64,000 bases of DNA from an uncultured Eggerthellaceae bacterium (GCA_964631345.1 CAZVWE010000010.1:394-64393), one strand, 5' to 3'. Counted from the stretch's first letter, positions 45,046 through 55,109 are shown. Notes: generated by a model not told the origin, from the letters alone. Program-made: numbers and translations.

Positions 45046-46149
45046 ATGCTCGATTTTTCCAGCGATTATACGCGGGGATGCCATCCGGAGATCCTCTATG
45101 CGCTCAAGGCTTGCAACAGTCAGGATCATTCCGGTTATGGCAGCGATGAGATCACGGAGCGGGCGAAGCGCAGGATTCGCACTGCTTGTGCGGCGCCTGA
45201 TGCGGAGGTGTTTTTGCTAGAGGGTGGTACGCAGGTGAATCAGATCGCAACGAAGATTTTGCTTGCTCCATGGCAAGGGGTGATCGCGGCGGATACCGCC
45301 CATGTTGCGCTGCATGAGGCTGGTGCTATTGAACACGCCGGACATAAAGTCATCGCTTTGTCTGGTCGTGATGGGAAGATCACAGCAACGCAGATTGAGG
45401 CATGTCTAGAGCAAGATGCAGCAGATGAGAATCGCGAGCATATGGTCGAGCCCGGTATGGTGTATCTAACTTATCCCACAGAATACGGCACGCTATATAC
45501 GCTTGATGAATTGGAACAGATTGCAGGGGTCTGTCGTCGGTTTGATATCCCGCTGTATCTGGATGGTGCGCGGTTGGGTTATGGACTTGCGGTGCCAGAT
45601 GCTGACGTGACTCTGCCGGACATTGCGCGGCTGTGCGACTGCTTCTACATCGGTGGCACCAAGCTTGGTGCGCTTCTCGGTGAGGCGCTCGTGTTTCCGC
45701 GCAAACGTATTCCGCGACTTCTTTCGCTAGTGAAGCAGAGTGGTGCTCTGTTGGCGAAAGGATGGGTGCTCGGCGTGCAGTTCGATGTGTTATTCAGCGA
45801 TGCGGCATGTGATAGGGATGAAGACACAGGCGATGAGGATATTCGTACAGCTGACGCTTTGCCCGATGGTGTATTTGAGAATAGCCTCTATATGCGAGGG
45901 GCTCGGCATGCCATCGAATGTGCGGTATTGCTTGTGCAAGGATTACGCGCGAAGGGATATGAGTTTGCGGTGGATTCGCCAACTAATCAGCAGTTCGTGA
46001 TCGTGGACGATGGACTGCTGGCAAGGATCCCCGACACGGTGCGGTATGGTTTCTGGGAGCGCCTTGTGGATGGACGCACGGTGATTAGATTTGCTACGAG
46101 TTGGTATACCACTGAGGAAGATGTGCGTGCGCTACTGGATCTGCTGTGA
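45046..46149 (+). CDS. threonine-aldolase / beta-eliminating-lyase-family PLP enzyme
   Basis: MLDFSSDYTRGCHPEIL N-terminus and the FYIGGTKLGA PLP-lysine context. Confidence 0.65.
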   Translation: MLDFSSDYTRGCHPEILYALKACNSQDHSGYGSDEITERAKRRIRTACAAPDAEVFLLEGGTQVNQIATKILLAPWQGVIAADTAHVALHEAGAIEHAGHKVIALSGRDGKITATQIEACLEQDAADENREHMVEPGMVYLTYPTEYGTLYTLDELEQIAGVCRRFDIPLYLDGARLGYGLAVPDADVTLPDIARLCDCFYIGGTKLGALLGEALVFPRKRIPRLLSLVKQSGALLAKGWVLGVQFDVLFSDAACDRDEDTGDEDIRTADALPDGVFENSLYMRGARHAIECAVLLVQGLRAKGYEFAVDSPTNQQFVIVDDGLLARIPDTVRYGFWERLVDGRTVIRFATSWYTTEEDVRALLDLL

Positions 46150-46263
46150 TCAGTGGTAAGTAGAAGAACAAGAGGCGTCCAAAACGCTCATTGAAGCTTC
46201 GCGGAGGAGACTAATGAGCATGTCCCCGTCCCTTTTAATCATTACTCAGTTGCTAAAAGCGCC

Positions 46264-46623
46264 CTATATGCGATCGAATTTTGCAAGCACTTCAACAGCA
46301 GCAGAACAGGCATCGCAGTTGCAGTATTTCTCGCCCTGCTCTTTGCGCGCAATTTGCTGAGCGAGAAACTGCTCGGCTGCCTCCTTGCCCATGATGTCGA
46401 TTGCAGGGCCTTGCGCGAAGGCGATAATGCTATCGATCGTGTTGGGACGGCCATCGAGAAAGTCCACCAATTCGTTCGTAGCTTGTTCGATAGTTGCATC
46501 ATCTGCATCTTTGACGGCGGAAATCCAGGCCTTTGCGGCATCTTTGGTTTCTTGTTTGCTTGCATCGGAAGTTGCCAGAGTATTAGCGCGCACGACTATG
46601 TAGTCAAAGAGTTCCTTGTCCAT
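46264..46623 (-). CDS. hypothetical small acidic protein with C-terminal CxCxxC
   Basis: 119 aa ending in YCNCDACSAAVEVL. AAAGGAGA lies upstream of ATG 46623. Confidence 0.45.
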   Translation of the reverse strand: MDKELFDYIVVRANTLATSDASKQETKDAAKAWISAVKDADDATIEQATNELVDFLDGRPNTIDSIIAFAQGPAIDIMGKEAAEQFLAQQIARKEQGEKYCNCDACSAAVEVLAKFDRI

Positions 46624-46862
46624 GAGCACGTCTCCTTTCATTGCGTTTATTATGGCTTGTCTTAGCGAATATCGTTTACTTTCGCTTATCGTGCATATTC
46701 TATTACGTTAACGGGAAAGAGCGCGAAATAGAAAACGCGATTGAGGGCGTGACAGAGAATGCGATTGAGAACGAAATAGAGAATGCGACGAGGGCGCGAC
46801 AAGAAATTTGATTGGTATGACATTGCTTCGAAAAAACAGTTGTCTTCTACATTCGATATAAT

Positions 46863-46889
46863 GTCGTAGTAAATTACTTTTACTACGAC
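46863..46889. promoter_or_regulatory. 11-bp-arm hairpin/palindrome between a TATAAT box and the Fic 2 start
   Basis: gtcgtagtaaa-ttact-tttactacgac, immediately after tataat (46857-46862). Confidence 0.4.
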
Positions 46890-46905
46890 ACATAAAGAGG
46901 TTATC

Positions 46906-47937
46906 ATGAGTCGGCTGATATTAAGTTCTGACACAAAGAAGCGAATTGTTGATACGCTCGAAAAGGAGAACTTGAGCCTCACCGAGTTCGACAGGCTTGC
47001 CAGTGAGTGGAGATGTCTCTATCCAAAAACAGAAGAAATGCGTATCGCGCAGGAATCATATGAAGAAGACTTCCTTGTGCGCATGGCCTACAACTCAAAC
47101 GCAATTGAGGGCTCCACTCTTACTCTTGCAGATACCGAGGTTATTTATGAAGGAGAATTCATCCCTCATAAGCCTGGCAGAGAGCAGATCGCTGCTCGGG
47201 GACTTTTCGAAGGCGCAGCCCTTGTCGAAAATCGAATATACGAAGGTGCCCCCTTGGATGAAGCATTCTTGCGAGACCTTCATGAGGCATGCGCATTGGA
47301 TTTGCAGCCAAGAGCAAGAGGTATGTATCGTAGTGCTCCTGCGGTTATTCGCGCATCGCGTACCGTACCTTCCGATCCGTTAGAGATCAGAACTCATGTT
47401 GCCGATCTGTTCTATCAATGTAAGCTTGAGGCCGAGCAAACGCATCCCCTCATTGTCATCCCTTGGTTTCATGCGGCACTCGAGAATATTCACCCTTTCG
47501 CTGATGGCAACGGTCGAACGGGTCGATTGTGGATGAATGCGCAATTGCGGAAGTTCGCGTATCCACCTATTGGAATCAAAGTCGATAACAGCAGAGAATA
47601 CAAGGCTGGGCTTGAGGCTTGGCAAACAGACAACGATCCTGTTCCGTTCATGGTTCTTGTTTTGAATTGTTTGAAGAGCGAACTCGAGTCTCGCTTTGCG
47701 TTTCTTTCCAAGACTATCGAACAGCCCGATCAGCAAGCACTCTCGCAGTATGATCAGCAAATATTCGGGATTCTCTATTGCCAGCCTTCGATCAGTGCGC
47801 GCATGCTTGGAAGGATCATGGGGCTGTCAGAGCGACAAGTTCAGCGTATGCAAAAGAAGCTTCGCGAAAAGGGACTACTGAAGCGAGAAGGCTCACCAAA
47901 ACACGGCAAGTGGGTTTTGCGAACAGAAAAACGATAA
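46906..47937 (+). CDS. Fic-family protein (Fic 2) with C-terminal wHTH
   Basis: HPFADGNGRTGRLW and inhibitory-type SNAIEG. Confidence 0.85.
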   Translation: MSRLILSSDTKKRIVDTLEKENLSLTEFDRLASEWRCLYPKTEEMRIAQESYEEDFLVRMAYNSNAIEGSTLTLADTEVIYEGEFIPHKPGREQIAARGLFEGAALVENRIYEGAPLDEAFLRDLHEACALDLQPRARGMYRSAPAVIRASRTVPSDPLEIRTHVADLFYQCKLEAEQTHPLIVIPWFHAALENIHPFADGNGRTGRLWMNAQLRKFAYPPIGIKVDNSREYKAGLEAWQTDNDPVPFMVLVLNCLKSELESRFAFLSKTIEQPDQQALSQYDQQIFGILYCQPSISARMLGRIMGLSERQVQRMQKKLREKGLLKREGSPKHGKWVLRTEKR

Positions 47938-48027
47938 AGCTACGGACGGACTGATGTAAAAGAAACTGGCGTTTCAGAGGACGTTAACAGGAGTAAGGCG
48001 CGCAGGAACTGCTTACACGCTACAGTC

Positions 48028-48489
48028 TTACTCTGCTGTGCTACCAAGTTCGCTTAGCTCCTTTAGGGTTGCATCCACATTCTCGGCATGCCAGTTCTTG
48101 TATCCGCCGGCATATTGCGAGGCATAAACACCGGAGAGGCGCATGTCGCTCAGCTCCTTCTGCTGTGTTGTAAGGCGAACGCTTCCGGTATTAGTCTCGA
48201 TGTCGATGATAACGTTGAGCAGGTCGTTGATGAGCTTTACTGATTCGATCTCTGAATACGGAACAACGAGAGAAACATCCTTTTCGAGCGTCGCCCAATA
48301 AGGGTCGAAGGGAAGCAGGATGATTTCGTTTTCGCACATCTGAAGAACGGCTACGTCGCACGCGCTGAAGAATCGAGCGATTTTGTCGCTCAAGTTCCCC
48401 GCTGCACCTTTGATGATAATGCATCTATCCTCCAGAGGCGTATATCCTGCACGGGTTGCATATTTCCAAACCTTCTCTTCACGAGCCAT
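48028..48489 (-). CDS. hypothetical protein
   Basis: 153 aa from MAREEK, with GAAAGGAAC upstream. No motif recognised. Confidence 0.4.
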   Translation of the reverse strand: MAREEKVWKYATRAGYTPLEDRCIIIKGAAGNLSDKIARFFSACDVAVLQMCENEIILLPFDPYWATLEKDVSLVVPYSEIESVKLINDLLNVIIDIETNTGSVRLTTQQKELSDMRLSGVYASQYAGGYKNWHAENVDATLKELSELGSTAE

Positions 48490-48758
48490 AACTGTTTTGT
48501 TCCTTTCGCTATTAGTGTTTTGTCTACTCTTATTCTTCAACGTGAGTAATAACGGGATTGCCTGTAACTAGGTGGCCTGGAATATTTTCCAAAACTTTTA
48601 GACGCATGCAAGCGCAATAATTTCGTAAAATGCCTGTTCAGAGGCATTGTCAAAGCCTTTTGACAAGCGCGTTGAAGCCTTTTTACTGACACGTGGACTA
48701 TTATTTCGGTCAGCACAGACTTAAAAACGTTACAGAGCGTTTGGAAGGGCAAGGATTA

Positions 48759-49370
48759 ATGGAACTGGCACGGCAACTGAAAAGCAGGAGAGAAGAGAAG
48801 GGGCTTTCCCAAGATGAGGTCGCGAAAGCGATATTCGTATCGCGCCAGACCATCTCGAATTGGGAGACAGACAAGACATATCCAGACGTGCAAAGCCTGC
48901 TTTTGCTCAGCCAGTTGTTCGATATCTCCATAGACGATCTTGTGAAAGGGGATGCCATAAGGATCCAACAGGTCATCAAGCAGGATTCGCGCAGGATGAG
49001 ATTCCTAACATATGGGATGGTCGGATTTTCTGCGCTAGCATTCCTTTTCCTTCTGGGATTCTCGTTAGCTTGGCCGGAGCCCTCTGGGTTTGCTCGCATG
49101 AGCAAGGGTAACATCGCAGGTGGAATCACATTTATTGCGTTCTATGTCATAGGGCTCGGCATGGCTATTGTCATTGATCGTCTGAAAAAGAAGCACGATG
49201 TCGTCACCTATCGTGAGATTGATCGCTTTCTCAAAGGTGAAGTTGTTGATGAGCCTGATTCGCAGGGCTTGTCGCGCAAGCATCCAGCGCTTGGCGTTGT
49301 GGTAAAACTTTTCGTCGGTGCAGCAATCGGGTTGCTTTTGGCGGGAATCCTGCTTGCGCTTGAAGGGTAG
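48759..49370 (+). CDS. XRE-family HTH protein with three C-terminal TM helices
   Basis: KGLSQDEVAKAIFVSRQTISNWETDKTYPDVQSLLLLSQLFDISIDDL, followed by hydrophobic segments. Confidence 0.8.
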   Translation: MELARQLKSRREEKGLSQDEVAKAIFVSRQTISNWETDKTYPDVQSLLLLSQLFDISIDDLVKGDAIRIQQVIKQDSRRMRFLTYGMVGFSALAFLFLLGFSLAWPEPSGFARMSKGNIAGGITFIAFYVIGLGMAIVIDRLKKKHDVVTYREIDRFLKGEVVDEPDSQGLSRKHPALGVVVKLFVGAAIGLLLAGILLALEG

Positions 49371-49377
49371 GCCTTCT
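49351..49377 (+). repeat. 27-bp direct repeat, copy A (3-prime end of the XRE-TM gene)
   Basis: tgcttgcgcttgaagggtaggccttct, compared with tgcttgtgcttgaagggtaggccttct at 50719-50745. Confidence 0.85.
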
Positions 49378-49516
49378 GTTTGCGCATAAGCGCATGAGTG
49401 AAAGTGCACTCGAACAACTCGCTGTCTGTTTTACACATTTAACGGAAGTGAATTATAATTAACTTCCGCAACAGTAAGCCGTAACAGTAAAAGTTATTGC
49501 ACTGCTAGGAGTTGAT

Positions 49517-50701
49517 ATGTGGCCTAGCATCACATACGAAAAATGTGCTTGGGAACGGGATCCGGACGATCTGGCGCTCATTCCTAAGAGTCGAAGGCGC
49601 AAGATTCTGCCGACGTATGAGGCGGCTGTTCTTGCAAATATTGCTGCGCTTTCCGTGGAGCTTTCTGCGTCGCTGTTAGAGCGCCTCGCCGAGGTGGAGG
49701 TCGCCCTAGCGAGATTTGATACTGCACAGAAAGCACGCGATTACGCTCTTCCCGCACTTTTGCTCCGAAGCGAATCATCGTCGAGTTCGCAAATAGAACG
49801 ACTCACCTCGAGTGCGCGAAATGTTGCGCTCGCCGAGCTTTCCGACAAAGCTCCGGCAAATGCGTTGCTAATTGCAGGCAACGTCTCTGCGATGCGCGAG
49901 GCTTTAGGGCAAAGAGGGGATGTGGACATAAAGTCCATTTGCGCCATACATGATGTGCTCATGCGGAATACGCGTGAAACGCTGGGTCTACGCAACGAGC
50001 AGGTTTGGATAGGTGGTTCCCCTTACAGCCCACATGGAGCGACGTTTGTACCCCCGCATGCTGACCGGGTGCGGGAATGCCTCGAGGATCTCGTTGAGTT
50101 TGGTGCTCGTGAGAACATCCCTTCGATCGCGAAGGCAGCTATATTTCATGCTCAATTTGAGGCGATTCATCCCTTTACGGATGGAAACGGACGCACGGGT
50201 CGCACCCTGCTGCATCGCATGCTCGCTCGCGATGAAGTACTCCTACACACGATGCTTCCAGTATCGGCTGGGCTTCTGCATGACGTTGAGCATTACATGG
50301 ATGCGCTAGATGCCTACCACGATGGAGCGGTAGAACCGATAGTTGAGTGCCTCGCTGATGCCTTGGAACTTTCTGTGGTCATTGGGTCGCGTATTGCATC
50401 TGATGTCGATGAGATCCTTGCCGAATGGGCGTCTGTGAATACGGATCGCGCTGGTTCCGCATCGCACCGACTGCCCGTTCTTCTCGTAGAACAGCCGGTG
50501 GTCGATGTTTCATATGTTGCGTTGCGCCTCGACATCACCGACCGGGCGGCTCGTAACTTGATTGAGACAGCCTGCGATCGGGGTATTCTCGCGAAGATAG
50601 GCAATGCGAAGCGAGGAGCCTTTTATCAGGCAACTGATCTGATCGCGGTACTCGAGGAAGCGTCGAGTTTGGAGGGTATCCGTAGGATTGCTGCGCGATA
50701 G
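49517..50701 (+). CDS. Fic-family protein (Fic 3)
   Basis: HPFTDGNGRTGRTLL. The inhibitory-type motif is degenerate (SSQIER). Confidence 0.85.
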   Translation: MWPSITYEKCAWERDPDDLALIPKSRRRKILPTYEAAVLANIAALSVELSASLLERLAEVEVALARFDTAQKARDYALPALLLRSESSSSSQIERLTSSARNVALAELSDKAPANALLIAGNVSAMREALGQRGDVDIKSICAIHDVLMRNTRETLGLRNEQVWIGGSPYSPHGATFVPPHADRVRECLEDLVEFGARENIPSIAKAAIFHAQFEAIHPFTDGNGRTGRTLLHRMLARDEVLLHTMLPVSAGLLHDVEHYMDALDAYHDGAVEPIVECLADALELSVVIGSRIASDVDEILAEWASVNTDRAGSASHRLPVLLVEQPVVDVSYVALRLDITDRAARNLIETACDRGILAKIGNAKRGAFYQATDLIAVLEEASSLEGIRRIAAR

Positions 50702-50718
50702 TGCGAAGTGTAACGTTT

Positions 50719-50745
50719 TGCTTGTGCTTGAAGGGTAGGCCTTCT
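50719..50745 (+). repeat. 27-bp direct repeat, copy B
   Basis: See copy A. It would encode a relic ...LLVLEG* end. Confidence 0.85.
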
Positions 50746-50854
50746 ATCCTATCGCTGTGGCTAAAAGCCGGGAAGCATGTTTATTGCACGATCGTAAAGC
50801 TATCGCCTCGTTTTATCTCGCCGCCATCTACAACCTTACAGAACTCAAATCTGA

Positions 50855-51781
50855 TCAAACGCCAACAAGGAAAGCAACCAGCGGGATAGTAAAGATACTC
50901 ACTACTAATGTGACTACGGTGATACCTGTGGCGTATTCGCCCTCATCGCCATTCGCAGTGGCAATCATGGGCACAACTGTCATCACGGGAAGAGCCATTA
51001 TGATAGTCAATCCCATGATCATCTGTTCAGAGAACATGCCGCTCATCATCAGAAGCTTGCCGACGAGAATAGGCAGCGCCACCATCTTCACGAGGATGCC
51101 GATATATAGTTCGGGACGCTTCAACACCGGGCGAACGTTAGAGAAGTTCGCTAATGCTCCAAGGTACATCATGCACATTGCCGAGGTAGCTGCGCTTATC
51201 GTGCCTGCACCAGACATGATCAGTTTCGGTATGGGAATCTGCAGGAAAAGAATAACCAGTGCGATGACAACGGCAATGATGTTGGGTGTTATGAGTTGTT
51301 TGAGGGAAAACCCTTTGACAGTTCGTCCTCGCGCAGTGGAAAGCCAGATGCCGTAAGTCCAGAATACTAGCTGGTCAACTATGGAGAACATCATCATATA
51401 GATAAGACCTGCGTCGGGAAATACTGCGGCAAGGAGAGGAACGCCGACGAATCCTGTGTTGCCAAAGATAAAGCAGAATTGGAACACACGATCCTTGTCA
51501 TGTTCGAGCTTCAGAGCCTTTGATACGAGGAAGACGATGAAACTGATGAGTGCATAGAATGCTGCAGAGAGAAGTATCATCTGCCAGTTCTGTATGATTG
51601 TGTCGCGAGTACAGTTGGCACATGTGGAGTAGGCGATCATCACAGGAAGAAGTACTTTAGTTATTAGACGCGCCAGGTTTGACATGCCTTCTTTCGAGAT
51701 GATCTTGAGCCGTGCAGCAAGAAAGCCGACGGCGAAGATGAGAAAGAAGATGATCATCTGGTTGAGCGTGAGTTCGAACAT
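50855..51781 (-). CDS. AEC-family (auxin-efflux-carrier/malate-permease-like) transporter
   Basis: 308 aa with ~10 TM helices and an N-terminus MFELTLNQMIIFFLIFAVGFLAARLKII typical of the family. Confidence 0.7.
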   Translation of the reverse strand: MFELTLNQMIIFFLIFAVGFLAARLKIISKEGMSNLARLITKVLLPVMIAYSTCANCTRDTIIQNWQMILLSAAFYALISFIVFLVSKALKLEHDKDRVFQFCFIFGNTGFVGVPLLAAVFPDAGLIYMMMFSIVDQLVFWTYGIWLSTARGRTVKGFSLKQLITPNIIAVVIALVILFLQIPIPKLIMSGAGTISAATSAMCMMYLGALANFSNVRPVLKRPELYIGILVKMVALPILVGKLLMMSGMFSEQMIMGLTIIMALPVMTVVPMIATANGDEGEYATGITVVTLVVSIFTIPLVAFLVGV

Positions 51782-51888
51782 GTTGATCCTTCGAGTGAAG
51801 CGTGTGTGTCAAGGTGTAATGCTATAGTTTTGCTATGAAGTAAACACTACAATATCGCGGAAAATGTTCGATTAATATTGTTGGGAGA

Positions 51889-52473
51889 ATGATGAGTAGA
51901 CGAAAACCAGGTAAGGAGAATCTTGAAGAGGCGCTACTCAATTTGTTGAAGACAAAGCGGCTGCAGGAAATAAGTGTTTCGAAGTTGTGTGAACGGGCAC
52001 ATGTGAGTCGCTCGACATTCTATGCGTACTACTCCAATGTGGATAGCATTTATTGTGAGCTTGTGCGAGAGCTTGCGAACGGAACAATCAATCTTAAGAG
52101 GCAGCTTAAAGGCGAAATTGATGTGTCCAGAAGGCCTTTTTGCGAAAATATTCGAGATGAGAAGTTCAGTGGACTCGTGAAAGAAGAACGTTTCATGCAG
52201 ACCTATCTAAGCGTTTGCATGGAAGAAATTGACAGTGGTGTTGCGAATGACTATCTGGATATGACGAAGAGTCAGTATGCGGCAAAGGTCATTAGTCTCT
52301 TCCAACTGACAGGGTGTTTGGCTGTGGCCAAAACCAGCAAAGATGATGCTCTCTGGCCACTTGCGAGAAAAGTTGTAGACACGTTTATCCGAGGTGGCAT
52401 GAATGCGCTCCGAAGTGTGGATTGGGAGGAAGAACGTGGAGCGGGGAGGACAGAGGGAGAACAGGGGACGTAA
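51889..52473 (+). CDS. TetR-family transcriptional regulator
   Basis: ISVSKLCERAHVSRSTFYAYYSNVDSI HTH. It is divergent from the AEC transporter. Confidence 0.8.
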   Translation: MMSRRKPGKENLEEALLNLLKTKRLQEISVSKLCERAHVSRSTFYAYYSNVDSIYCELVRELANGTINLKRQLKGEIDVSRRPFCENIRDEKFSGLVKEERFMQTYLSVCMEEIDSGVANDYLDMTKSQYAAKVISLFQLTGCLAVAKTSKDDALWPLARKVVDTFIRGGMNALRSVDWEEERGAGRTEGEQGT

Positions 52474-52609
52474 CACGGTTACTCTTCTCATTAAGAGTAG
52501 GCAGAAAACAGTGCTACGCCCCCTGTTCTCAAAAATATGATGTCCGAAAACGGCTATCGTTTCATTCGTTTCTCGATAAACTTATGACTGAGAAATGAAG
52601 GGATGTTGT

Positions 52610-54184
52610 ATGGGCGAAAAGATAACGACCGAAAACCTTCTTACGCAAGGCGAGCTTAATTGCCCCGAAGAACGCAAGCGAGCTGTATACGCAGCATTTC
52701 ATTCCAAGGATCCGCGTTTCGATGGGCAAATATTTGTAGGTGTTTCATCGACAGGCATTTACTGCCGTCCCGTATGTAGTGCGAAAATGCCTAAATTCGA
52801 GAATTGCACGTTTTTTCATACTGCAGCTGAAGCAGAAGCGGCAGGGTATCGGCCTTGCATAACGTGTCGTCCCGAGGTGGCTCCAGGGACGGCGAACGTA
52901 GATGCGCAAGCAAGCCTTGCCAGGCGTGCTGCCAGCATGTTGCGTGATCGTTGTGTAAGTACAAACAGTATTGAGAAGGTTTCAGATCGTCTTGGCTATA
53001 CAAGTCGGCACCTTCGTCGTGTCTTCTTGGATGCCTATGGGGTCACACCACTTCAATATGTACAGACATGCCGGCTTCTTCTCGCGAAAGGACTTTTGAC
53101 CGACACAAGTTTACCTATTTCAGTAGTGGCAAAGGCTGCAGGATTCGGAAGTGTTAGGCGTTTCAATCAGGTGTTTAAGGAGCGCTATCATCTAACTCCG
53201 AGTAAACTTCGCAAGTCGAAGCGATCTTCAGGACAAGCAGGACACATGGAATGCGCAAACTCATCCACGTTCACCGTACGCCTAGGATATCGTCCTCCTT
53301 ATGAGTTTTCTGAGTTACTTAACTTTTTCAGAATGCGTACGCTTGCGGGTGTAGAAATAGTCGATGATGTTTCTTATGCTCGTACGGTTCGTCTTGCCGA
53401 TGATGATGGTTCGGAAGTTGTTGGGTGGATCCGCGTTGAGAATGACGCCAAACGAAACCAGATTATCTTAACGCTTGCAGATACGCTCGCACCCCATGTT
53501 CTGGAGATTATCGGTCGTATTCGACGTATGTTCGACATCGATTGCGATCCTGCATTTATAGCTGAAAGGATTGCGCCAATTGAGGAAGTGGTGCCGGGCT
53601 CTGTAGTCAAAGGCACCCGGCTTCCTGGTTGTTTCGACCCATTCGAGACGGCCTGTCGTGCGGTGCTTGGACAGCAGATTAGTGTTCAGGCGGCTAACAA
53701 ATTGGCAGCGCGCATAGTTAAAGCATATGGTAAGGAAGTTGGCACAGAATACGCGCATGAAGGGCTAACTCATACATGGCCAACGCCCAGTGAAGTACTT
53801 GCGCTCGATCCAATCGAAGATGCTTTCGGTAATCTCGGTGTTATCAAGTCTCGTTCGCGTACTATTGCTGAAATCGCGCGATTGTTGGAATGTGGCGAGC
53901 TTGACCTTATGCATGGCGTTTCTTCTGAAGAGCAAATGAAACGTCTTCTTTCCGTCAAAGGTATAGGACCTTGGACTGCGAACTACATCGCCATGCGAGT
54001 GCTGAGTTATCCTGATGCTTTCCTTGAGACAGATGCGGGTGTGGCTCATGCGCTTCCTGACCTTGCCCCTAAAGAGCGTTTGGCTGCGGTGGAAGCTTGC
54101 AGACCATGGCGGAGCTATGCGGTAATTGTTCTTTGGAATTCGCTTTCTACTCACGAAAATAGAGATCCAGAAAGTGCGAGATAG
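52610..54184 (+). CDS. Ada-type Zn-finger/AraC HTH fused to AlkA-like DNA-3-methyladenine glycosylase II
   Basis: DPRFDGQIFVGVSSTGIYCRPVCSAKMP (Ada metal-binding domain), an AraC-type HTH pair and an HhH-GPD region (VKGIGPWTANYIAMRVL...ETDAGV). Confidence 0.8.
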   Translation: MGEKITTENLLTQGELNCPEERKRAVYAAFHSKDPRFDGQIFVGVSSTGIYCRPVCSAKMPKFENCTFFHTAAEAEAAGYRPCITCRPEVAPGTANVDAQASLARRAASMLRDRCVSTNSIEKVSDRLGYTSRHLRRVFLDAYGVTPLQYVQTCRLLLAKGLLTDTSLPISVVAKAAGFGSVRRFNQVFKERYHLTPSKLRKSKRSSGQAGHMECANSSTFTVRLGYRPPYEFSELLNFFRMRTLAGVEIVDDVSYARTVRLADDDGSEVVGWIRVENDAKRNQIILTLADTLAPHVLEIIGRIRRMFDIDCDPAFIAERIAPIEEVVPGSVVKGTRLPGCFDPFETACRAVLGQQISVQAANKLAARIVKAYGKEVGTEYAHEGLTHTWPTPSEVLALDPIEDAFGNLGVIKSRSRTIAEIARLLECGELDLMHGVSSEEQMKRLLSVKGIGPWTANYIAMRVLSYPDAFLETDAGVAHALPDLAPKERLAAVEACRPWRSYAVIVLWNSLSTHENRDPESAR

Positions 54185-54278
54185 TGTGTGGGATAGCCAG
54201 GCGAGAAAGTGTGCGAGACAGCCACCGAAGATGAATTGCTCAACTTCAACGACTAGGAAATTGGAATCTAGAAAGGAA

Positions 54279-54854
54279 ATGATGGAAATGATTTATTTGG
54301 ATGAATATAAATCACCTGTTGGCACTCTATCCATTGCAAGCGATGGAGAGCATATTTGCGGATTATGGCTCGATGGACAAAAATACTATCAAGATAAGCT
54401 AGCTGAGCGTGTCGGATCGAACGAAGATGCTTGCATTAGCGGGGAAGACGCTCGAGCTCAAGCACCCGTTTTGTTACAAGCGCGAGAATGGCTCGACACC
54501 TATTTCACAGGACATGACCCAGGCGAGCTTCCTCCGCTGGCTCTGCATGGAACACAATTTCAGGAACAGGTATGGCAACAGCTTACTGAAATTCCTTTTG
54601 GAGTGCTCACAACATATGGTTCTATTGCAAAGGCGCTGGAACAAGAACGCGGAGGCAGGGTATCTGCACGTGCAGTAGGTGTTGCAGTTGGAAGAAATCC
54701 CGTATCCATAATAGTGCCGTGCCATCGCGTGATAGGTGCAGGTAAAAGCCTTACTGGATATGCAGGTGGAATCGAACGCAAGATAAAGCTGTTGGAATTG
54801 GAAGGCATCGACACGAGTTCACTCATCATTCCTACGAAAGGTACTGCGTTGTAG
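54279..54854 (+). CDS. ogt: methylated-DNA--protein-cysteine methyltransferase
   Basis: IIVPCHRVIG active-site motif. ATG 54279 lies behind GAAAGGAA. Confidence 0.85.
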   Translation: MMEMIYLDEYKSPVGTLSIASDGEHICGLWLDGQKYYQDKLAERVGSNEDACISGEDARAQAPVLLQAREWLDTYFTGHDPGELPPLALHGTQFQEQVWQQLTEIPFGVLTTYGSIAKALEQERGGRVSARAVGVAVGRNPVSIIVPCHRVIGAGKSLTGYAGGIERKIKLLELEGIDTSSLIIPTKGTAL

Positions 54855-55033
54855 GGTCTTGCCAGATCGGCGTATCAAATCACTGCTGAGGAGCTGCAGT
54901 GACATTTAGAGATATCCGAAGAGAGCGACTTTTAGAAACCGCAGAAAAGAAGTGCTGAAACGATTGTTGTTTATCGCGAAGACAGGAACGCAGGAAGAAA
55001 ACGGGAGTCTTGGGCAGGAATTAAGGGAGCCAT

Positions 55034-55059
55034 GGGGGCGGTGCTATTCTTCCGCCCCC
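55034..55059. terminator. GC-rich hairpin in convergent gap
   Basis: gggggcgg-tgctattctt-ccgccccc. No clear T-run on either strand. Confidence 0.35.
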
Positions 55060-55109
55060 GTCCCATGACTTTAATGACTCGCATGACGCATGTTCACTCA
55101 AGTGCAGTA

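Noticed and set aside
46705-47995. Direct repeats flanking Fic 2, analogous to those around Fic 1 and Fic 3
   Set aside because: Only acgttaac(g/a)gga plus a loose GC-rich continuation match (46705 and 47981). This is too short and degenerate to separate from chance without genome-wide statistics.
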